Assembly (NCBI GenBank): GCA_045648305.1
Contig: JAZRNR010000163.1
Span: 45,929-109,928 of the forward strand
Direction of reading: 5' to 3'
DNA: 64,000 nt
Source of the DNA: Acutalibacteraceae bacterium
GTDB taxonomy: Bacteria; Bacillota; Clostridia; Oscillospirales; Acutalibacteraceae
The notes beneath the pieces are model-generated. The model was given only the letters and a program-made list of their open reading frames with translations. It made no database searches and was not told where the DNA came from. A program made the position numbers and the translations under genes. Shown here one piece after another: positions 39,129 to 48,976 of the stretch. Within the stretch, counting starts at the first letter, position 1; every line of letters begins with the position of its first letter.

Positions 39129-39665
39129 ATGTCAATAAAGTATACCGGAGAACTATTATTAATGCCTTGTCCGACAGTTTTAGTTACATCCAAAAAAGAT
39201 AATATTGAAAACATTGTAACGGTTTCATGGGCAGGAATTGCATCTTCTCATCCTGAATATATTACCATTTCTATAAATCCTAAACGTTATTCATACGATA
39301 TTATAGCTAAAACCAAAAAATTTTGCATTAACATTCCTGAAGTCGACTTAATAAATGAAATTGATTTTTGTGGGAACCACTCTGGTAGAGATATAGATAA
39401 ATTCTCGGTTTGCCATTTTACTAAGAAGTATATCAATGATTATGTGTTAATTGAACAGTGTAAATTGCATATTCTTTGTGAGGTTGAAAAAATTGTAAAA
39501 TTGGGAAGTCATCACTTGTTTATTGCAAAAGTAATAGAAAAATATCTTAATGTTGACAATACAAATAACATTCATGAATACTTAAAACCAGTTGCTTATT
39601 ATAGGCCTTATTATTATAAGCTTGAAGAGAATAATATAGGTATATATGGCTTTACAAAAAAATAA
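39129..39665 (+). CDS. flavin reductase-like (FMN-binding split-barrel) protein
   Basis: Pattern LMPCPTVLVTSKKDNIENIVTVSWAGIASSHPEYITISINPKRYSYDII, then FCGNHSGRDIDKF. Confidence 0.7.
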   Translation: MSIKYTGELLLMPCPTVLVTSKKDNIENIVTVSWAGIASSHPEYITISINPKRYSYDIIAKTKKFCINIPEVDLINEIDFCGNHSGRDIDKFSVCHFTKKYINDYVLIEQCKLHILCEVEKIVKLGSHHLFIAKVIEKYLNVDNTNNIHEYLKPVAYYRPYYYKLEENNIGIYGFTKK

Positions 39666-39727
39666 TATGATGTTTATCGTAGTTTAATTTCTAAATATGA
39701 TTATCAAAACATTCAGAAGGTGAAAGT

Positions 39728-40606
39728 ATGATATGTGGTAAGGATTTAATTATCAAGTTTTTAGATGAAACAAATACAGCTAAAGAAAGTATAACAATCA
39801 CAACATCTGAAGAAGATGCTTCTCCTTTTGATAGAAATGTGCAAGTAGGTCGAGATTCTATTGACTTAAGAATAGCAAGTTCTGGCTATAAAATAAAATG
39901 TAATTATGATTTCATTAATACATTAGATTCAAAGGTTGATGAGTATTTTTATGATATCTCACTTGAGAAAGACGGATATATTATTCAGCCTGGGGAAACA
40001 ATAATTGTCAACACAGTGGAAAGAATAAAACTAACAGGAAATATAACTGGAGAATTAACGGGACGAACTCGTTTTGCTAGAATGGGTCTATCCGTTTGTA
40101 GTGCTACAAAATTCCAAAGTTATTCTGACGCTATTATTGTTTTGCAAATATGCAATCATAATAAAGTTCCTTTAAAGATATTTCCATATCAAAAATTAGT
40201 TCAATTGGTTATTCACCAAGTAGATGGAATCCCAAATGAAAAACGAGGCAATTACCATAACGAAATAAAACTTATGAAACCGATAATTGGCGATGAAGAA
40301 TTAACAGGTTTGTCTCCTGAAAGAAAAAAGTCTATAAGTCGTCAAATGCCACAAAAATCCTCTTTTGTTACAGAAGATGGTAACATTGATAATAAAAAGA
40401 GATTGAAGCAAAACAACAAAATTATGAATATATTTTCAAAAATATTTAGTTCCATATCCGCCATTCTTGGATTAATAATAGGTATATTATGCTCTTTACC
40501 TACTTTTAATACTACGCCAATAATAGTAATGTCAATTTCATCAGTATTATTGATAGTTATGTCGGTTGTGTTAGACACAATTAAAGATAACAATTTTATT
40601 GATTAA
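39728..40606 (+). CDS. dCTP deaminase (Dcd/dUTPase)-fold protein with C-terminal two-TM anchor; catalytic Glu position is Gln
   Basis: YIIQPGETIIVNTVERIKLTGNITGELTGRTRFARMGLSV aligns with E. coli Dcd [40 protein letters not shown]. The VLEF motif reads VLQI. C-terminal hydrophobic segments are ISAILGLIIGILCSL and IIVMSISSVLLIVMSVVL. Confidence 0.65.
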   Translation: MICGKDLIIKFLDETNTAKESITITTSEEDASPFDRNVQVGRDSIDLRIASSGYKIKCNYDFINTLDSKVDEYFYDISLEKDGYIIQPGETIIVNTVERIKLTGNITGELTGRTRFARMGLSVCSATKFQSYSDAIIVLQICNHNKVPLKIFPYQKLVQLVIHQVDGIPNEKRGNYHNEIKLMKPIIGDEELTGLSPERKKSISRQMPQKSSFVTEDGNIDNKKRLKQNNKIMNIFSKIFSSISAILGLIIGILCSLPTFNTTPIIVMSISSVLLIVMSVVLDTIKDNNFID

Positions 40607-40617
40607 AGGTGATTACA

Positions 40618-41529
40618 ATGATAAAAACATTGAGGATACAACTTACAGAAGAATGCAATTTAAATTGTGTATATTGTTGCCACGAAGGAACTAAAAATGA
40701 TTTTAGCATTTTAAAAAATAGAAATTTGGCTTCTTTTATACGTGCTACATATGACGTTCTTGACATAAAAAGAGTTAAATTTACTGGTGGAGAACCGCTA
40801 GAATATGATGAAAATATCTGCGATATAATCAAAAACATAAATCGTGCTGACATACAATATTCAATAGTAACCAATGCAACAAACTACGATACTTTTATAA
40901 ATTTAGTAGAAAACACCCCCAACATTGAGGTAACCATCTCACTTCCAGTACCTCCCGACGAAACATATCTGAAAGCCTTTAAAACTATAACAGGAGCAAT
41001 TAATGAAAAAAAAGCGTTTTTGTCTGTTGTGGATTGTGTCGAGTATATGGTAGAGACCAAAAAATTTTTTAAAATAAATTATGTCTTATGTAAAGACATG
41101 AACACAACAAATACGCAAATAAAAAGCATGATTAAATATGCACAAAATCATCCTACGATACAATTAAGATTTTTGGAGACAGCAGTAAACAGTACTAATA
41201 ATAAAAACGGAAGAATGTCGAAGTTCGTGTTTACACAAAATGAGTTTGAAAAAGTTCTTATAGATTTAGGGTACGAAGAATCAGTCGCAAACAAATTATC
41301 TGACAAAAGATCGTCGTGTTTATATAATTTGGATGGTTGCATAATTAAATTTATCAAATTTTTTTGTAATAATAATTGTTATAATTGTCCAGAAGATAAA
41401 ACTTCTTTATGGTTAACTTCCACCGGTTATATAAAAAGATGTTCATACAGAAGTAGAGCAATACCTGTTGATAATTGGCAATATAATAAAATTACCAAAC
41501 AATTAGAAGAAAGTATATTTGAGACTTAA
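40618..41529 (+). CDS. radical SAM enzyme, MoaA-like
   Basis: LRIQLTEECNLNCVYCCHEG carries the CX3CX2C motif, followed by FTGGEPL. The C-terminal Cys cluster FCNNNCYNC...LWLTSTGYIKRC resembles the MoaA auxiliary-cluster region. Confidence 0.75.
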   Translation: MIKTLRIQLTEECNLNCVYCCHEGTKNDFSILKNRNLASFIRATYDVLDIKRVKFTGGEPLEYDENICDIIKNINRADIQYSIVTNATNYDTFINLVENTPNIEVTISLPVPPDETYLKAFKTITGAINEKKAFLSVVDCVEYMVETKKFFKINYVLCKDMNTTNTQIKSMIKYAQNHPTIQLRFLETAVNSTNNKNGRMSKFVFTQNEFEKVLIDLGYEESVANKLSDKRSSCLYNLDGCIIKFIKFFCNNNCYNCPEDKTSLWLTSTGYIKRCSYRSRAIPVDNWQYNKITKQLEESIFET

Positions 41530-41755
41530 ATGTTTAATCAATATATCATTAATATTGGATGCGTTTGTTACTGTGACCGATTTTTATTGTACATATCATA
41601 CTAATAAATCATCGCAAATTGCGGTGCCTTCTTGTTATTGGTGCATTTATGCATGAAAATTAACCCTCTGTTCTACTGGTGGCAAATAACGAGTAGTGCT
41701 ACAATAAAAACGGCGAGTTTTATGCAAGCAGAATGTTGTTAGTAGCAAATATAAA

Positions 41756-41776
41756 CACAGGGGACGGTTCTCTGTG
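41756..41776 (+). repeat. CACAGGGGACGGTTCTCTGTG motif, copy B
   Basis: Exact 21-mer match to 38723-38743. Confidence 0.7.
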
Positions 41777-41812
41777 CTCGATTGAAAATGAAAATCAAAT
41801 ATTATTCAAAAA

Positions 41813-41849
41813 GGAAGCACTCATTAATTTGGGTGCTTCCTTTGTATTT
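41813..41849 (+). terminator. hairpin with U-rich tail (copy B)
   Basis: GGAAGCAC / GTGCTTCC stem followed by TTTGTATTT. Confidence 0.55.
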
Positions 41850-41870
41850 ACGCCTTCGATAACGAAATTA

Positions 41871-41901
41871 AACGTTTTTGTATAAAATCGATACGTTTTT
41901 A
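41871..41901 (+). promoter_or_regulatory. direct repeat AACGTTTTTG / TACGTTTTTA with 21-bp period (LytTR-type site candidate)
   Basis: Copies at 41871-41880 and 41892-41901, about 205 nt upstream of the RHS2 start. Confidence 0.4.
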
Positions 41902-42076
41902 CTTTGTACAAATTTTTGGGTCGTTTATATGTTAATATCAAAACAGGCTAATTCTTTCGCTAATATTGATAAATCTACATGTGTTACATAGTGCAACTCG
42001 ATGTTTTTGAAAATGGTGTTAGCTTTTAAAAGCTATAAATGCTTTTTATATTTATAAAAGAAAGCGAGGAAACAAT

Positions 42077-45000
42077 ATGCAAAAATTCATCAAAATCTTA
42101 TCTATCGTTTTAGTTGTTGTTTTTTGTGCGCAAATAATTGCACCCGGAGCAACAGCTATCACAGCAACTCCTTTTGTAGGAAACAATGTTGCAAAAAGTG
42201 CATCAAAAGGAATTACATTACCTTCTCTAAACGATGATTTAGGGAAGATAGAAGCTGATTCCATTGTGCAAAACATTGACAGCTCGGACAATGAAATCAT
42301 AACTCCGATAATGGGCGAAATTACGGAATTACGAACCGAGAATGCAAAACACTATCGCCACGAAGACGGCACCTATACGGCTGCTGTCTATCCTGAGCCT
42401 ATTCATTATATGGATTCAAGTGGTGCGTGGAAGGATATCGACAACACTCTCACTCTTAAAAGTGTTGCCGGAAAAGCTACTTATACTCCTGCCACAGCAG
42501 CTCTTGATATCCGAATTCCTCAGGATTTTTCAAACAACCAAATGTTAACCATCGGTAAAGACGGCTATACAGTTGGTATGAGAATTAAGTCATCAGATAA
42601 TTTGGAAACAATGAGCCGAGAATCTGCAACTGCATCCACAACAATCAATTCTGCTAAAGCTGTGATTAACAACAACTTTGAAAGTTTACAGGCAGTTAAC
42701 ACATCGCCCGTTATAGATGCGACTGCTTCTAATAACTTGAAAGTTGAAGCAGAAAACAAACAGTTTATGAAACTTGAAAAGAAGGTTTCTGCTGTTAATT
42801 ATAACGGTGTTTTAGACGGTGCAAACTTACAGTATGTTATCACACCAAGCAGAGTTAAAGAAAACATCATTGTTACTAAAACACAGGATTCATATGTTTA
42901 TCAGTTTGAACTCGCTTTAGACGGTCTTACTCCTGTTGCTCAGGAGAACGGTTCAATAAATCTCTACGAAAACATAGACGATGAAGAACCTCTGTTTGTC
43001 ATTGAAGCTCCTTATATGTATGATGCAACAGAGGAAACCAGTTTCGATGTTGCAATGAGTTTAAATGGTAATACCCTTACTGTCACAGCTGATGCTGAGT
43101 GGATTAATGACGAAAATCGAGAGTTCCCTGTTGTTATCGACCCCACATTTTCTGCAAACACTACAACTTTTTATGATGCAACTGCAAACCAAAACACTCC
43201 CGATATGAATTTTCCGTCCTTTACTACATTATATGCAGGTAACGGAACACTTAATCTCAGACGAACATACATTAAATTCACACTTCCTCAACTCCCGGAA
43301 GGTAGTGTGGTTACAGAATCAAAATTAACTTTAATCCAACACGATGTAACTTTGGGAAACAGTGACCGAAAACTTATGGCTTTCGATTTAACGCAAAAGG
43401 GTTCTTGGACAGAAGGTTCTATTACTTGGAACAATCAGCCTGTTTCGAACAGCCCTAACGCTGCTGTTTACGATAATGCAGTTAAAACCCTAGACTATGC
43501 ATCTTTCCAAACAACAAATGTTGACGGACAGTCATACTCTTTTTATATCACAAAAGCCGTTAAGAATTGGTACGAAGGAAGTGCTAATAACGGCATTATG
43601 ATAACAAGTGATGATGAAAGTGCAAACAGTCAGGCAATTTTATATTCAAGCGAACACGAAGACACAACTCTTCATCCATCAGTTACTATACGATATAACA
43701 ACAATATCGGACTTGAAGATTATTGGTCTTATGAAACAGTTGATATGGGACGTGCGGGCGCGCTGTATGCTAATCCGTATAACGGTAGTGTTACGTATGT
43801 TCATAGCGATTTGAATATGACAGGCAACCGTCTTCCTATCAATATTTCTCATGTTTTCAACAACAACACTTCCGATATATATAGTTCCGTATATAGAGGA
43901 ATGCTCGTAGGAAAAAAGTTTCACCTGAGTATTCAGGAAGTATTAGTTCAAGAGAATCCCAGAAAATATAAGCATTACGATGGAGACGGTACTCTTCATT
44001 ACTACATTTTAAAAAGTAACGATAAAATTGAACACGAATATGACCCTACCAAAACACTTACATTAAACGACTCCGAATATATAATAAGTGATGCACAAGG
44101 CAACAAGAAGTATTTCAATTCAGCGGGTCAGCTCTATAAACTTGTTGACAACAACGGCAATACACAGACGTTTACTTTTAATGGCAATTTAATCACAAAG
44201 GTAACGGATCCGGTTGGCAGATCAGCAATTTTATCATATAATTCTGACGGACAGCTTATCTCCATCACTGATCCCGCGGGTCGCGTAACCACTTATACTT
44301 ATAGAGGTTTGACTGAACCTGCGCCTCTTATAAAAATAACTTATCCTAACAGCGATACAACTAGTCTTCAGTATGCAACAGATAACCTTGCATGCATTAG
44401 ATCTAATAACCGTACGAATTGTATAATAACTTATCACAATTCAACTTACAGAGGATATCGAGTTTCAACTATAAGACAGTATGACAAAACACCACAGGTA
44501 GTTAACTTATCAACATTCAGATATGTCGAAAATAATGAATCTGGTATTGCATCGGAAAATACGGTTGTAAGTCGTTATTTTGACGCAGATAAAACCAATT
44601 TTGATGGCTCGAACACCTATTTGTTTGATACTTACGGACGTGTAACCAGTATAACAAACGAAAACCATCAAACTCGATACGCTGTATACGGAACGTCCGC
44701 AAACTATGCTACTTTTAATAAAATTCAGGACTCTTCAGAGCTTTTAACTATTTCAACAAACACTATTAATAACCATGGATTTGAAAATGGTAATGATGGT
44801 TGGTCTGCACTACAAACAGCAAGCGGAAATTGGGGCGTTGTTGAAGATACCGCATCCAGTTCTTTGGGACGCAAGTATATGCAACTCGAACTGACAGGTA
44901 ACTCAGGAGCGTTTGAAGTTGGACAAGACTTCACCGCAACAGCAGGAGAGACATATACTGTTTCTGTAGATATCAACATTCCAAATGCACTTGAACTGAA

Positions 45001-48000
45001 TAACAACAATGGTGTTGCATTCGGCTTGGTATATTGTATCAATGGCACATGGTACAACTCTTCGTCAAGATGGCTTGGTTCGACAAGCGGATGGGAGCGT
45101 TTCAGTCATACTGTGACATTGCCAAGCGGCAATATAACCAACTGCCATGTTTTCCTTGAACTTGTCAACGCTGAAGGCATTGTTCGCTTTGATAATGTTC
45201 AGGTTGAAAAAAGCGGCGGTTCTCGTAGCTATAATCTTGTTGAAAATAGTGATTTTTCAACAGGTACGGGCAGTGATGTGTATGGTTGGACAAGTTCTGA
45301 TATGCAGACCGGTGATGGTGTAAAATACGACGTAGGTGCAGGGCGTAATTGTTATATGATGATGGGTTCTGTTTCCAAAGCTAAATCTATATGCCAAAAA
45401 GTATATGTAAATGCAAACGCCGGAGATTCCCTTATAATAGGTGGTAAGGTAGCTGCATATGTAACAGATGGTACTAGCAATTCCAGAAAATTTGAAATAC
45501 GTGCTGCTTTATATAATGCTAATGGAACATGTATAAAGATTGTAACAGTTCCTTTTGATAAAAAAATAAATCAGGAGAGACAAGTAAAGGCTGCCTATGT
45601 ACCGGTCGAACAAGATTGTGAATACATAAACTTCTATTTTAATTATCATTATCAGGCTGATGCTTTCACCATTGATAATGCCTTTGTTTATGTAGACAAC
45701 TATGGTGAGCACTACTCCTACGATGAAACCAGCGGTTTGACAACAGCAGTTTATAACGACGAAGGAACTAAAACTGAATACATACACGGTGATAATACTG
45801 ATGTTGATGAGGTTACTCAGACTGTAAGCGGTGTTGAACAAACTGTTGCGACATATACCTATGATAACAATCATAATGTTTTAACCGCAACTAATAATGT
45901 CGGCAGTAAAATTGAATATAAATATAATACAACCGGTCAGGTAACTAAACAAACTACTATATCTGTAGATGAAAATGGCCGTGAAACAAGATCCTCTGAA
46001 ACCTTTTTGTATGGTCAGAATGGTAACTATTTATATGAACACGTTGACGCTAATGGTATTCGTACACGGTATGCTTATGATAATACTACCGCTGCAAATC
46101 AAATAAAGAAAGGTTTGCTGACAAGCGTAACAGATGCTTACGATTGTGTTACAACCTATACCTATGACCCAGACACAGATGAATTGCTTTCGGTAAGCGG
46201 CTCTGCAGACTCAACTGTTCCTGAACTTACATCGACAACAACTTTTTCCTACGAGGATTATTTACCGAAAACAATATCTCGAAACGGAACAACATATTCG
46301 TATGAATATGACTCTCAGAATCGTGTTACTTCAAGCAAAGTCGGCACCCAAACATTGGTAACCAATTCATATGACAACAGGCAAAGATTATCAGGTGTAG
46401 AATATGGAAATAACGACATATACACTCCGATTTATGACAATCGTGATCGCTTGGTAGGTGATTCCTGGAATAATACGCAAATTTCACAGTATTATTATAA
46501 CGACAATGATAGATTGTCAAAGGTTGTGGATAACGTTACAAATACATCTTACCAGTACGATTATGCTTTCTATGATTTGCCTCTCAGAGTTACCGGAAGC
46601 GATGGAACAGTGACAGCATATGATTATGATATGTCCGGTAATCTTGCTAGATTGACTTTTAGTGATGATAATGCAAATATATATTCAGGTAAGTACTATA
46701 CCAACGAAAAAGGTATGCCTGAAGATATTGTTATCGACACTCTCAATAACACATTGATTCACTATAACTATGACGATTTAGGCAGAGTTGAAAGTTATTC
46801 CTACGGTCCGGTTATAAGAACAATCACGTACAGGGATACTGTCGGAAGCACAAGAACAACTGCCAGAAATCAGATTAAAGAAATTGTTGACGAAACCAAA
46901 GACGGTGAAATTCTTCAGTCATATTCATTTGAATACGAAAGTACCGGTTATTTATATGAAATTACTGAAACTGTAGATAATCAAACAGTCAATTACTACT
47001 ATGATGAATTAGGCAGACTTGTAGATTGTACAGAATCTGCAGATAATTTCCATACGTTTACTTATGATGTAGACGGCAATATCACTTCGATCGGTTTCGG
47101 TTACGACCTGATTCACACATTCACTTACGGTAATGCGAATTGGAAAGACCAGTTAACTGCTTTCGATGGTAAGCCAATTACATACGATGATATCGGTAAC
47201 CCGCTTACTTACGACGGATATACTTATACTTGGGAACGAGGCACTAAGCTTGCCGGTATAACAGGAAACGGTAAAAACATCAGTTATGTATATGACTCGC
47301 AGGGCAATCGAGTTCAGAAAACAGTTAACGGAGTAACAACCAATTATCTTTATTCGGGTAATTTGCTTATGCGTCAGACTGACGGTACAAATACCATTGA
47401 TTTCCAGTATGATGTAAGCGGTGATGTGGTTGGGTTTATTTACAACGGAACACCGTATTACTATTTAAGAACATTGCTGAATGACGTTTCCGGTATTGTT
47501 GACGGAGAAGGCAATGTCGTTGCCGAATACAAATATGGCGCATACGGTAACATCATTTATGCTACAGGTGATTTAGCCGCAATTAATCCTATTCGTTACA
47601 GAGGCTATTATTATGATACCGAAACGAGTTGGTATTATCTTCAGTCAAGATATTACAACCCTGAATGGTGCAGATTTATCAGTCCTGACTGTCTCTTTAT
47701 CGCAGGTGATGCAATTAACGGAAGTAACATGTATGCTTATTGTAATAATAATCCAGTTAAATACATCGACACGTCCGGTGCAGCTTCTGAAACAAATAAG
47801 ATTGATCTTACACCCGTGGCAGATGGTATACGAATAATTAGCGGCAAACTATCTCAAACATTATCTGAACACGCAAGGGACCTTTTTGCCGGTACCACCG
47901 ACAGAATCCTGAACGAGTTAAAAAGTGTCTGTGAGTATAAGCTTCCTGGCCAAAAGGAAGGATTTGCTTACTCTTATCCGATGATATTTATTGGAACACC

Positions 48001-48823
48001 AATTTTATGTATCGGTTCGCTCACAGTATTACCTCTTCTTGATTTAATAATAAATCCTGACCAAAAATTCCCTGAAAGTCCTGAATTCAAATTGCCTACA
48101 GGAATTAGACACTTCACACCATGGAGTATGGAATTCTTAACAGGATATGCGACATATTTTCTTGGCTTTGAAAGTGACGGTGGAGGAAAAACCTATACAA
48201 CAAATCCGGATAATTTTATGTGGCAAAGTATGGTAGGTTATAATTGGTTTTATGATTACTTTTTCAGCTTGGGTGGACCAATAACAAAAATAGTTCTTCC
48301 CTTTGATGCTCCCGCGACAAGCCTGTTTCCTGATGCTTCTTATGCAGTATGGTGTTGGAAAGCGGACTATTGGAACTTAGGTGCTGGCGCTGAAATAGGA
48401 ATATATTGGCAACCAATAAAAGCTCTTGCTGAGCGTGGATTCTACCGTATTGACCAAGAAAACCTTCTTGTTGATGTCAATATGCAGGTTACTTATGATC
48501 ATTCAAAAGACGAGCTTTCTTCATACAATCACATAGAGGTTTTGCATGGTAACGGTGAACCTCATTCATCTCTCAAGCAAACAAGTTGGTGGATTACTAA
48601 TTTTACACCGCATATACAATTTGTGGATTTAGAAGCATTGAATGTATGTCAGGCTGTTAATTTTGCTGAAAGTGGCATTCATAGTAATTTGTATGAGGCT
48701 TTTTATGAAAAATATAGTAACGACGATACACATCCTGAATTATCCTGGTCTGTTTCCGAACCTCAGTGGGAATACTTAAATTTTGATAGTGAATATCCTT
48801 ATGAATTCTACATTCAGTACTAA
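42077..48823 (+). CDS. secreted WapA-like RHS/YD-repeat polymorphic toxin 2
   Basis: Signal peptide MQKFIKILSIVLVVVFCAQIIAPGATA. DNRLRE-like N-domain (LNLRRTYIKFTLPQLPEGSVV) and a CBM-like NHGFENGNDGW segment. The core ends at RYRGYYYDTETSWYYLQSRYYNPEWCRFISPD and NMYAYCNNNPVKYIDTSG. A distinct C-terminal domain of about 345 aa follows. Confidence 0.9.
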   Translation: MQKFIKILSIVLVVVFCAQIIAPGATAITATPFVGNNVAKSASKGITLPSLNDDLGKIEADSIVQNIDSSDNEIITPIMGEITELRTENAKHYRHEDGTYTAAVYPEPIHYMDSSGAWKDIDNTLTLKSVAGKATYTPATAALDIRIPQDFSNNQMLTIGKDGYTVGMRIKSSDNLETMSRESATASTTINSAKAVINNNFESLQAVNTSPVIDATASNNLKVEAENKQFMKLEKKVSAVNYNGVLDGANLQYVITPSRVKENIIVTKTQDSYVYQFELALDGLTPVAQENGSINLYENIDDEEPLFVIEAPYMYDATEETSFDVAMSLNGNTLTVTADAEWINDENREFPVVIDPTFSANTTTFYDATANQNTPDMNFPSFTTLYAGNGTLNLRRTYIKFTLPQLPEGSVVTESKLTLIQHDVTLGNSDRKLMAFDLTQKGSWTEGSITWNNQPVSNSPNAAVYDNAVKTLDYASFQTTNVDGQSYSFYITKAVKNWYEGSANNGIMITSDDESANSQAILYSSEHEDTTLHPSVTIRYNNNIGLEDYWSYETVDMGRAGALYANPYNGSVTYVHSDLNMTGNRLPINISHVFNNNTSDIYSSVYRGMLVGKKFHLSIQEVLVQENPRKYKHYDGDGTLHYYILKSNDKIEHEYDPTKTLTLNDSEYIISDAQGNKKYFNSAGQLYKLVDNNGNTQTFTFNGNLITKVTDPVGRSAILSYNSDGQLISITDPAGRVTTYTYRGLTEPAPLIKITYPNSDTTSLQYATDNLACIRSNNRTNCIITYHNSTYRGYRVSTIRQYDKTPQVVNLSTFRYVENNESGIASENTVVSRYFDADKTNFDGSNTYLFDTYGRVTSITNENHQTRYAVYGTSANYATFNKIQDSSELLTISTNTINNHGFENGNDGWSALQTASGNWGVVEDTASSSLGRKYMQLELTGNSGAFEVGQDFTATAGETYTVSVDINIPNALELNNNNGVAFGLVYCINGTWYNSSSRWLGSTSGWERFSHTVTLPSGNITNCHVFLELVNAEGIVRFDNVQVEKSGGSRSYNLVENSDFSTGTGSDVYGWTSSDMQTGDGVKYDVGAGRNCYMMMGSVSKAKSICQKVYVNANAGDSLIIGGKVAAYVTDGTSNSRKFEIRAALYNANGTCIKIVTVPFDKKINQERQVKAAYVPVEQDCEYINFYFNYHYQADAFTIDNAFVYVDNYGEHYSYDETSGLTTAVYNDEGTKTEYIHGDNTDVDEVTQTVSGVEQTVATYTYDNNHNVLTATNNVGSKIEYKYNTTGQVTKQTTISVDENGRETRSSETFLYGQNGNYLYEHVDANGIRTRYAYDNTTAANQIKKGLLTSVTDAYDCVTTYTYDPDTDELLSVSGSADSTVPELTSTTTFSYEDYLPKTISRNGTTYSYEYDSQNRVTSSKVGTQTLVTNSYDNRQRLSGVEYGNNDIYTPIYDNRDRLVGDSWNNTQISQYYYNDNDRLSKVVDNVTNTSYQYDYAFYDLPLRVTGSDGTVTAYDYDMSGNLARLTFSDDNANIYSGKYYTNEKGMPEDIVIDTLNNTLIHYNYDDLGRVESYSYGPVIRTITYRDTVGSTRTTARNQIKEIVDETKDGEILQSYSFEYESTGYLYEITETVDNQTVNYYYDELGRLVDCTESADNFHTFTYDVDGNITSIGFGYDLIHTFTYGNANWKDQLTAFDGKPITYDDIGNPLTYDGYTYTWERGTKLAGITGNGKNISYVYDSQGNRVQKTVNGVTTNYLYSGNLLMRQTDGTNTIDFQYDVSGDVVGFIYNGTPYYYLRTLLNDVSGIVDGEGNVVAEYKYGAYGNIIYATGDLAAINPIRYRGYYYDTETSWYYLQSRYYNPEWCRFISPDCLFIAGDAINGSNMYAYCNNNPVKYIDTSGAASETNKIDLTPVADGIRIISGKLSQTLSEHARDLFAGTTDRILNELKSVCEYKLPGQKEGFAYSYPMIFIGTPILCIGSLTVLPLLDLIINPDQKFPESPEFKLPTGIRHFTPWSMEFLTGYATYFLGFESDGGGKTYTTNPDNFMWQSMVGYNWFYDYFFSLGGPITKIVLPFDAPATSLFPDASYAVWCWKADYWNLGAGAEIGIYWQPIKALAERGFYRIDQENLLVDVNMQVTYDHSKDELSSYNHIEVLHGNGEPHSSLKQTSWWITNFTPHIQFVDLEALNVCQAVNFAESGIHSNLYEAFYEKYSNDDTHPELSWSVSEPQWEYLNFDSEYPYEFYIQY

Positions 48824-48976
48824 TTCACATTGTGATTTTAAAACTATCATCATAACCAACTATAAGCCAACGGTTTTAATTAGAAACAAACCTTAACTGG
48901 TTTAAATTATATGTTCATACACAGCCCTATTTCAATAGGGGGTGTATGAACGTCAATTAATTAGGAGGTTTTTATT

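Noticed and set aside
40609-41529. Radical SAM gene as housekeeping molybdenum-cofactor MoaA
   Set aside because: No other Moco genes are nearby. The gene is in an AT-rich cargo cassette on an ICE and is paired with a membrane Dcd-fold protein. This cannot be fully excluded without phylogeny.
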